Shown: positions 23,534 to 29,867, counted from the stretch's first letter. The stretch is 37,013 nucleotides of DNA from Bacteroidota bacterium (GCA_013203545.1 JABMQA010000345.1:1-37013); one strand, 5' to 3'. The notes: generated from the letters alone by a model not told the origin. A program made the numbers and translations.

Positions 23534-24037
23534 TTAGTGTTGGTGATGATGTTCTTTATTTCCTGATTGGTTTTCCGCATCCATCATTTTCATTTTACCA
23601 TCCGGTCCCATCATACCCTTGTCTTTCATTTTTTGCATGCACATTTGCATCATCCGGGGATGTTCGGTCATCATGTCTGCCATTTTGTTGCGCATTGTAG
23701 AATCCTGCTCAGACATATCCATCATATTGCCCATCATTTTTTGCATCATTTCAGGATTATCCTTCATCATGCCCATCATCTGATGTTCATCTTTCATTTC
23801 CATTTTTCCATCATTCCCCATCATTTGTTGGTTTTCTTTCATCATCATCATGGCATGTTCGTTACCTTTCATTGATTTCATGAAGTCCGTCATAAGCACA
23901 TGATCGTTTAAAATAGTGTTGAAAATCTCAGTCCGTGTTTCCGGCTTATCGAGAAGCCCTTTGATATCTACATTTTGACTATAACCATTGAAAGTCAGTA
24001 GTACTAGCATTGAAAATAAAATTGCAAGTGTTTTCAT
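23534..24037 (-). CDS. Secreted Met-rich (about 39 Met in 167 aa by hand count) protein with His-rich C-terminus
   Basis: Signal peptide LVLLTFNGYSQ is followed by runs such as HAMMMMKENQQMMG, HQMMGMMKDNPEMMQKMMGNMMDM and RMMQMCMQKM. The protein ends KEHHHQH. Confidence 0.75.
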   Translation of the reverse strand: MKTLAILFSMLVLLTFNGYSQNVDIKGLLDKPETRTEIFNTILNDHVLMTDFMKSMKGNEHAMMMMKENQQMMGNDGKMEMKDEHQMMGMMKDNPEMMQKMMGNMMDMSEQDSTMRNKMADMMTEHPRMMQMCMQKMKDKGMMGPDGKMKMMDAENQSGNKEHHHQH

Positions 24038-24107
24038 AATAATAAATTTTTAAATTGTTTTACTTAAATTGTTTTTTCATGGTGAATCACTTTAATGTTT
24101 TATGGTA

Positions 24108-24115
24108 CAAAGGTA
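24108..24115 (-). promoter_or_regulatory. Candidate -7 promoter box (TACCTTTG) upstream of the Met-rich gene, abutting an imperfect palindrome at 24116..24130
   Basis: The minus strand reads CTGGTAAGCTTCCAG-TACCTTTG. TACCTTTG fits TAnnTTTG, ~70 nt upstream of the ATG at 24037. The plus strand also shows GGTAC-AAA-GGTAC direct repeats. Confidence 0.3.
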
Positions 24116-24177
24116 CTGGAAGCTTACCAGGCAGATGTTACACAATTCATTGAATAGTTTTCATGATTCTCAGGTAT

Positions 24178-24789
24178 TTAGACATTATCAATTGATTTTA
24201 GTTTTTGATCTCCCAGCTTTTTAAAATATGAAGGCGTAAACCCGGTTATTCTTTTAAATTGGCCTGATAAGTGCGCCACACTGCTATAGCCCATGTCAAA
24301 TGCAATTTCGCTGAGTGTTTTTTCATCATAAACCAGCAGTTCTTTCACGCGTTCTATTTTCAGGTTGATCATATGCTTTTCTATTGTTGTGCCCTCCACC
24401 GAGGAATAAAGCGAGCTTAAGTAATTATAATCAAGAAGTAGCTTGTCAGAAAGATAGTCTGAGAAATTAACCTTAATTTGCTCCGGATGATGATATACAA
24501 ATTCGATTGTGATTTTTCTAATCTGCTCGATCAACCGGCTTTTACTATCATTAATGATCTCAAAACCTACTTTATTTAACCGGATTTCGAGGTTTTCATG
24601 TTTTTCCTGATCAATGGGTGTATCAATTATAACTTTTCCCATTTCCACCCGGGCATTTGCGATTCCCACATCACTGAATATTTCGGAGACCACCAGAATG
24701 CACCGGTTACATACCATGTTTTTAATGTAAATATGTTTTTGTTTATCCAGAGGGTGTGTTTTTTTCTTTTCCATGTCTATTCTTTTCAT
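24178..24789 (-). CDS. AraC-family regulator with N-terminal HMA-like CxxC domain
   Basis: 203 aa. The N-terminus reads IYIKNMVCNRCILVV...LNKVGFEI (HMA-like fold with C-x2-C). The C-terminal AraC HTH reads LSEIAFDMGYSSVAHLSGQFKRITGFTPSYF. The start overlaps the upstream stop (TAATG). Confidence 0.85.
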   Translation of the reverse strand: MKRIDMEKKKTHPLDKQKHIYIKNMVCNRCILVVSEIFSDVGIANARVEMGKVIIDTPIDQEKHENLEIRLNKVGFEIINDSKSRLIEQIRKITIEFVYHHPEQIKVNFSDYLSDKLLLDYNYLSSLYSSVEGTTIEKHMINLKIERVKELLVYDEKTLSEIAFDMGYSSVAHLSGQFKRITGFTPSYFKKLGDQKLKSIDNV

Positions 24790-25901
24790 TAGATTTTTTT
24801 ATTCATGTCTATAAGGAATTTCCGAACTGCCAGGGCTGCTTTCGCCCCTTCCCCGGACGCAATAATTATCCTTTTGCCAAATACATTGGTAACGTCGCCT
24901 GCAGCAAAAATACCCGGGTACGATGTGGAACAATCCTGATTAATAATTATTTCGCCTTTTTCATTTAAATCAACATATTTAAAAACCAAGGAAGTATCAG
25001 GACGGAGGCCAATGGCAACAAAAGCTCCTGAAACAGGCAATTTATTTGTTTCCTTATCACCTTTCTTTCGAATTTGGACTGCCGTTAAAATCTTATTTCC
25101 AATAAATTTTTCAACTTTATATTCCTCAAAAATTTCAAGGTTACTTAATGTCCTTATCCGTTCAATAATTATTGCATCTCCAGTAAGAATAGTATCTGAA
25201 ACAAGAAATACCTTTTTAGTAATTTTATGAAGATTTTCTACCATTTGCAGTGCGGAATTTCCCCCGCCTATGATAACCACATTTTTATTTTGGACGTACG
25301 ACATATCCTGAATGTTTCCGTAAAAAAGCCCTTTTCGTTGAAATTTTTCTTCTCCAGGCACATTCAGTTCCCGTCTCTTCATCCCACTCGCAATCAAAAT
25401 AGTCTTTGTGAAAAACTTTTTCCTTTTGGAGGTAATAACCATAAATCCTTTATTCTCAATTGGAATTATCAATTCAACCTCGCATAATAGATGATCGATA
25501 TAGTGTGAATTTAAAAGTTGATAATGAAACTTTTGTATTAATTCCGGGCCGGTAATAAAATCAAATCCCATGTAATTTTCAATTTTCGTGCTATCAATCG
25601 CCTGGCCACCGAGATTATCGGTAATTAAAAAAGCTTTCATCCGTAAAATTGAAGCATATACACAAGCTGTTAAGCCGGCTGGCCCACCGCCAATTATTAT
25701 TAAATCACTTGGTTCGGATTCATCAGATGCTGTATTTGATCTTTTGTTTTGAAATTTGTTTTTACACCCTTCAGAACAAAAATAAAACTCAGTTTCATCT
25801 AATTTTAAAACAATGGCATGCTCTTTATCGATTGCCATATTACAAATTGGATCAATTACTTTATTATTTCCTGGTTTCATTGGTCTGTGTTTTTCTAACA
25901 A
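24789..25901 (-). CDS. YHS-domain::thioredoxin-reductase-like FAD/NAD(P)H flavoprotein lacking the redox-active CxxC
   Basis: 370 aa. Residues 17-50 (DPICNMAID...EFYFCSEGCKNKF) form a YHS domain. The flavoprotein part has LIIIGGGPAGLTA (FAD), VVIIGGGNSALQ (NAD(P)H) and GIFAAGDV. The position of the TrxB CATC reads YGNIQD. Confidence 0.85.
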   Translation of the reverse strand: MLEKHRPMKPGNNKVIDPICNMAIDKEHAIVLKLDETEFYFCSEGCKNKFQNKRSNTASDESEPSDLIIIGGGPAGLTACVYASILRMKAFLITDNLGGQAIDSTKIENYMGFDFITGPELIQKFHYQLLNSHYIDHLLCEVELIIPIENKGFMVITSKRKKFFTKTILIASGMKRRELNVPGEEKFQRKGLFYGNIQDMSYVQNKNVVIIGGGNSALQMVENLHKITKKVFLVSDTILTGDAIIIERIRTLSNLEIFEEYKVEKFIGNKILTAVQIRKKGDKETNKLPVSGAFVAIGLRPDTSLVFKYVDLNEKGEIIINQDCSTSYPGIFAAGDVTNVFGKRIIIASGEGAKAALAVRKFLIDMNKKI

Positions 25902-25908
25902 TAGAAAT

Positions 25909-26184
25909 TTAATGTTTTCTCGCTGAAAGATTATAAATAGCTGCTATACTGGCTCCTATTATCCCACTTATAATGAAAGTCTCTGCTATTCCTATCATTG
26001 CTTCCCACCAGGGAATATTCATACGAATGATAGAAGATGTATCAAGCCCGTGCAACAGGTTGTTAAAAACCTGTACGGTTCCTTCGCGGCCTACGGTGGC
26101 CATTAGGATTATACATCCAAGGTAAAGAAGCGCGCCGGTTAAACCGAAGGCCAATCCAAAACGTTTAATGTTGATGGTTTTCAT
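25909..26184 (-). CDS. Small 2-3 TM membrane protein, DUF5676-like
   Basis: 91 aa (MKTINIKRFGLAFGLTGALLYLGCIILM...IGIAETFIISGIIGASIAAIY). Its start overlaps the upstream NDH-2-like stop by 20 nt. The family name is recalled, not verified. Confidence 0.6.
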   Translation of the reverse strand: MKTINIKRFGLAFGLTGALLYLGCIILMATVGREGTVQVFNNLLHGLDTSSIIRMNIPWWEAMIGIAETFIISGIIGASIAAIYNLSARKH

Positions 26185-27556
26185 GATTTTCTGTTTTTAA
26201 GGTTTTATTATCTGTATTTTTATGTTCATGGTTTTGTTCTTTATACCTGCGGATGATTACCCGGTCTCCTTTATCGTATGTGAAATAGCTCCACATCCAG
26301 TTAACTGCAATCACCAATTTATTTCGCATGCCCATAATACTCATCAGGTGAACAGCGGACCAGATAACCCAGGCAAAAAAACCAGCGAACTCCCTACCAT
26401 AAATACTGGCAACAGCTTTCTTTTTCCCAACTGCAGCAAGCGATCCTTTGTCGAGATAAATAAAGGGAATTAATGGTTCTCTTTGGATAAGCCTCAATAG
26501 GTTTTCAGCCAGGTTTTTGCCTTGTTGAATAGCAGGTTGTGCAACCATTGGATGACCATTAGGAAATGTTGTTGTTGGCATTTGTGCGACATCGCCAATG
26601 GCAAACACATTATCTATGGGTGAAACCCTGTTAAATTCATCAACTACAATACGTGATTGTTTATTAACTGCTGCCGAAGGAATTCCGTCGATAACAGCGC
26701 CCTTAACACCTGCAGTCCAAATAAAAGCTGCTGTTTCCAGCGTTTTCCCATTATTAAGTGTAACTGTTTTTCCATCGAACGATCTTACCAGGGTACTTAA
26801 TAAAACATCAACTTTCATTTTGGTGAGATAATGCAACGTTTTTTTCGATAATGTTTCAGGCATTCCTGAAAGAAGACGATCAGTTCCTTCTATCAAAAAA
26901 ATTTTCATCTCAACATTTTTCAGTTCCGGGTAATCTTTTCTGAAAATATATCTCTTGAACTCGGCCAATGCCCCGGCCATCTCAACACCTGCCGACCCAC
27001 CCCCAACAATAGCAACACTGCTCAGTATTTCTTTTTCTTCCTGAATACAGGTTATCGCCGCTTTTTCAAGGTTTTGAAGGAGTTTGCTCCTGATGTCCAG
27101 TGCATCTGTTACCGATTTTAACCTCAGTCCAAACCGTTCAAATCCACCATTTCCAAAAAAATTATTTGTGCTGCCGCCGGCAACCACCAGATAGTTATAG
27201 TCGATGTAACCAATACTGGTGTCAACCCTGTTATTATCGGTGTCAATACCGGTAACTTCGGCCATTCGGAAAATTACATTTTCATATTTTTCGAATATCT
27301 TCCTGAATGGGAAAACAATGCTGTCGGGTTCGGTGCCGCTGGTTGCAACCAGATAAAGCAATGGCAAAAATTGATGAAAATTGTTTTTATCAATCAACAC
27401 GACCTGAACAGGCTTATTTTTCAATACCTTAACCAGGTTTAAACCGGCAAATCCGCCTCCCACAACAACAATTCTGGGAAGATCAGAATCCGGCACACAG
27501 ATGTGCCCTTTTTCGAAACAGTTTATTTTATCGCAGCATTGCATTTCTTCAATCAA
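26165..27556 (-). CDS. Type II NADH:quinone oxidoreductase (NDH-2)-like flavoprotein with Cys-rich N-terminal and His-rich C-terminal extensions
   Basis: 463 aa with two dinucleotide folds (RIVVVGGGFAGL; VAIVGGGSAGVEMAG), IGDVA, and an NDH-2-type C-terminal amphipathic region (FFAWVIWSAVHLMSIMGMRNK). The N-terminus reads MIEEMQCCDKINCFEKGHICV and the C-terminus reads QNHEHKNTDNKTLKTENHENHQH. Confidence 0.88.
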   Translation of the reverse strand: MIEEMQCCDKINCFEKGHICVPDSDLPRIVVVGGGFAGLNLVKVLKNKPVQVVLIDKNNFHQFLPLLYLVATSGTEPDSIVFPFRKIFEKYENVIFRMAEVTGIDTDNNRVDTSIGYIDYNYLVVAGGSTNNFFGNGGFERFGLRLKSVTDALDIRSKLLQNLEKAAITCIQEEKEILSSVAIVGGGSAGVEMAGALAEFKRYIFRKDYPELKNVEMKIFLIEGTDRLLSGMPETLSKKTLHYLTKMKVDVLLSTLVRSFDGKTVTLNNGKTLETAAFIWTAGVKGAVIDGIPSAAVNKQSRIVVDEFNRVSPIDNVFAIGDVAQMPTTTFPNGHPMVAQPAIQQGKNLAENLLRLIQREPLIPFIYLDKGSLAAVGKKKAVASIYGREFAGFFAWVIWSAVHLMSIMGMRNKLVIAVNWMWSYFTYDKGDRVIIRRYKEQNHEHKNTDNKTLKTENHENHQH

Positions 27557-27580
27557 TAGATTCTGTAATTAAAAAATAAG

Positions 27581-27922
27581 TTAAATAGCCAATATCCCAC
27601 TCTCGTCAGTTCTCACCTTATACACTTCATCCACGGGGGAAATAATAATCATCCCGTCGCCCCGGTAACCCGTGCGGCCGTTTTTCCTGATAATTTCAAT
27701 TATGCTGGAAACATGTTCCTCAGCTACAAGGATCTCCAGTTTAATTACCCTGTATGCATCTGCAAAGGGATATTTGTCACTAATGTGGTCTTTTTCATGA
27801 TCAGAGTACTGGCCGGTGCCTTCGCATTCCACCATGGTCATACAACAGAAGCCGTTTTCTTTTAATGCTTTATAGACTTCATCAATTTTTCTGTGCCTGA
27901 TGTAAGCTTTTATCAGTTTCAT
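27581..27922 (-). CDS. P-II (GlnB/GlnK-fold) family protein, paralog of 11621..11971
   Basis: 113 aa. MKLIKAYIRHRKIDEVYKALKENGF...GDGMIIISPVDEVYKVRTDE is collinear with P-II. The T-loop region is replaced by the His/Asp-rich GTGQYSDHEKDHISDKYPFADAY. Confidence 0.8.
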   Translation of the reverse strand: MKLIKAYIRHRKIDEVYKALKENGFCCMTMVECEGTGQYSDHEKDHISDKYPFADAYRVIKLEILVAEEHVSSIIEIIRKNGRTGYRGDGMIIISPVDEVYKVRTDESGILAI

Positions 27923-27937
27923 GATATGCTGTTTTTT

Positions 27938-28195
27938 TTAAACTGCAATATGAAGTGCAGCCAGGTTTATGTCTTGTTTCAAAGGAAATCCGATATCTTT
28001 TAAATCTGATTTAAATGATTCAAGGTTGAATAACTTTGGGTTAAATTCCACATACAAATTCTCCGCTTCAACGCACATACTGATCATGCCTTTCGATTTC
28101 AATAAATGTTTAAGATGAACTTTAAAAGCATCTTGTTCGATTTTTGTGAGAATTAGCTGTGTGTTCATTACTTCCAGTTTAAATGTATTTTTCAT
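27938..28195 (-). CDS. Small hypothetical protein, CxxC-less HMA-like fold (inferred)
   Basis: 85 aa. GMISMCVEAENLYVEFNPKLFNLESFKSDLKDIGFPL aligns by eye with 28469..28792 and with the C-terminus of 6502..7014. It sits tightly packed in the operon. Confidence 0.5.
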   Translation of the reverse strand: MKNTFKLEVMNTQLILTKIEQDAFKVHLKHLLKSKGMISMCVEAENLYVEFNPKLFNLESFKSDLKDIGFPLKQDINLAALHIAV

Positions 28196-28231
28196 TGTTT
28201 CTAATATTTAATGATTTGTAATTTATTTCTG

Positions 28232-28441
28232 TTATTTCAGTGCCGGTTTTTCTTTGCAGTCGATAATCGCTTTAACCTTACAGTGGCCACATACCGAACT
28301 GTCAGATTCATTCTTTTCATCGAGATGGCATGAGGGCATGTTAATTTCATCTTCCTCACCAAAAAGCAGTTTTAAACTCATTGCTAAAACCAAAAAACCA
28401 GTTGAAACGATCGTTATAATTATTAGGCCTATCCAATTCAT
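28232..28441 (-). CDS. Mini membrane protein with Cys-rich tail
   Basis: 69 aa with one N-terminal TM (IGLIIITIVSTGFLVLAMSL), followed by SCHLDEKNESDSSVCGHCKVKAIIDC (4 Cys and 2 His). Confidence 0.5.
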   Translation of the reverse strand: MNWIGLIIITIVSTGFLVLAMSLKLLFGEEDEINMPSCHLDEKNESDSSVCGHCKVKAIIDCKEKPALK

Positions 28442-28468
28442 GTCTTTATTTATTTAATGGCTAAAAAA

Positions 28469-28792
28469 TTAATGTTTAACAGTAGAGCAGCATTTTGGAG
28501 GTTTTCCACCAAATGCCTTGTTGTTTTCTTGTCCAAGTTTCAAAATGAACTTCTGCCAGACCCCCTGGTTTTTTTGCATCGGTGCGAAAGGGAATCCGGC
28601 CTTTACTAAAGCGTCTTTTACCATATCAGGAGACAGTAACTGTTGATAGTACTCAATCATTACAGAATCTTCTTCAACGTTAAATGATGTTACCCCACTT
28701 AAGCCGGTTAGTCCTAACATAACCTTTATGATCTCATTCTGGCTAAGTAAATGCCCCGGATTGAATTTTTCGATTGAAGTCGGTATATCCAT
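28469..28792 (-). CDS. Small hypothetical protein, CxxC-less HMA-like fold with C-terminal KCCS motif
   Basis: 107 aa with GVTSFNVEEDSVMIEYYQQLLSPDMVKDALVKAGFPF, the beta-alpha-beta pattern of the second half of an HMA domain. The tail reads GGKPPKCCSTVKH. Confidence 0.5.
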   Translation of the reverse strand: MDIPTSIEKFNPGHLLSQNEIIKVMLGLTGLSGVTSFNVEEDSVMIEYYQQLLSPDMVKDALVKAGFPFAPMQKNQGVWQKFILKLGQENNKAFGGKPPKCCSTVKH

Positions 28793-28817
28793 AATTTATT
28801 TTTTTTAAATCATTAGT

Positions 28818-29348
28818 TTAATAGTTGTCGAAACCATAAATTTCTATATGGCTTTTGCTTTTGAAACCCATATTTTCTGTTTTATAAACAAGTAATTTGT
28901 TATTCCCATTAACCGACAATAACCTGTATTCATTCGTCTGAGGAATTTTCAGAAGAAAATTCCCATTTTCATCAATAACATTTACGGTAAATATCTGTTT
29001 GGAAAAGAAATCGGAAATCTCTTCGGTCGGATAAATTCTCTGGGGATAACACCTAAAAACTATATAAAGCTGATTTTCATTTTCTATAGAAGCAGTATTG
29101 ATAATGGCTATGCCATCAATGAAATGACCTTTTGGAATAAGTAGGTCGATTGATCTCCAAAGTGAATTATCAGCATTAAAGACTAAAAGTTTTTTCTTTT
29201 CCGGATCAACTTTGTAAAATTTTAGTGTTCCGTCTTTTAGTTGAAAAATGTTCATGTTTGCATCCAGCTTGCCCTCATACGAAATTTGAGCAAATCCAAT
29301 TGCAACACTAAATAGTAAGATTTGTGTGATTATCAGAAATTTTTTCAT
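28818..29348 (-). CDS. Secreted hypothetical beta-rich protein
   Basis: 176 aa with signal LLFSVAIGFAQ and no recognisable motif. It is the first gene after the 144-nt gap that follows the HYC_CC_PP-like gene. Confidence 0.6.
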   Translation of the reverse strand: MKKFLIITQILLFSVAIGFAQISYEGKLDANMNIFQLKDGTLKFYKVDPEKKKLLVFNADNSLWRSIDLLIPKGHFIDGIAIINTASIENENQLYIVFRCYPQRIYPTEEISDFFSKQIFTVNVIDENGNFLLKIPQTNEYRLLSVNGNNKLLVYKTENMGFKSKSHIEIYGFDNY

Positions 29349-29492
29349 GATCCTTGTTATTATAGTTGGTTAAGTAAAATGATTATTAGTGGTAGGTGAT
29401 TACATGCTCGATTGCAACTTAGCTATTCGATTTTTTTTGGAGTAATACAAGCAAGGGAATCACCTTTAGGCTGAATCTGTCACTATAGCCAA

Positions 29493-29867
29493 CTATAAGA
29501 GGTATGACTGTATTTTCGCAAGGAATAAATGTGTCCCAGGCGGCGGTGATGGATCAGTTATAATGTTTGCAGGTAAATAAAAATTAGCGTATTCGTTTAC
29601 CAGTTCTTTGTTTAATGTTCCAAATAAGTCGAGATCGGAAATGCTGAGTTCACCAGCTACCGGCTTTGTGAAATCAACCTTAAAAATAACAAGCATATTA
29701 TCATCGTGGCAGCATTCGTTTTCCATATCGTTGCAGCACGGTTCGGTGGGTAAATCAATAGAAACTGCAACAAGCTTGTCGCCGCAATAATGCCTGGATA
29801 TATTAAAACCGACCGTTGTCAGGATCAACAGGGCCGAGAGTATGATATATCCAATTTTTCTAAACAT
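29493..29867 (-). CDS. HYC_CC_PP-like small membrane-anchored Cys-rich protein
   Basis: 124 aa with an N-terminal TM. The eponymous motifs appear in order: RHYCG, EPCC/ECCHDD and PSPPPG. Confidence 0.7.
   Translation of the reverse strand: MFRKIGYIILSALLILTTVGFNISRHYCGDKLVAVSIDLPTEPCCNDMENECCHDDNMLVIFKVDFTKPVAGELSISDLDLFGTLNKELVNEYANFYLPANIITDPSPPPGTHLFLAKIQSYLL

Noticed and set aside
23567-23875. Plus-strand 102-aa ORF that is extraordinarily His-rich (HHFHF...HHHH) and looks like a metal-binding protein.
   Set aside because: It is the antisense mirror of the Met-rich gene. The reverse complement of ATG (Met) is CAT (His), so runs of Met codons create runs of His codons on the opposite strand. 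It has no independent start context, and the minus-strand gene has a signal peptide and operon context.
29393-29467. An 8-bp inverted repeat, AGGTGATT...AATCACCT, separated by ~55 nt in the 144-nt spacer upstream of the redox operon.
   Set aside because: The arms are short and the loop is long. No TAnnTTTG box or T-tract is associated with it, so it could easily be chance.
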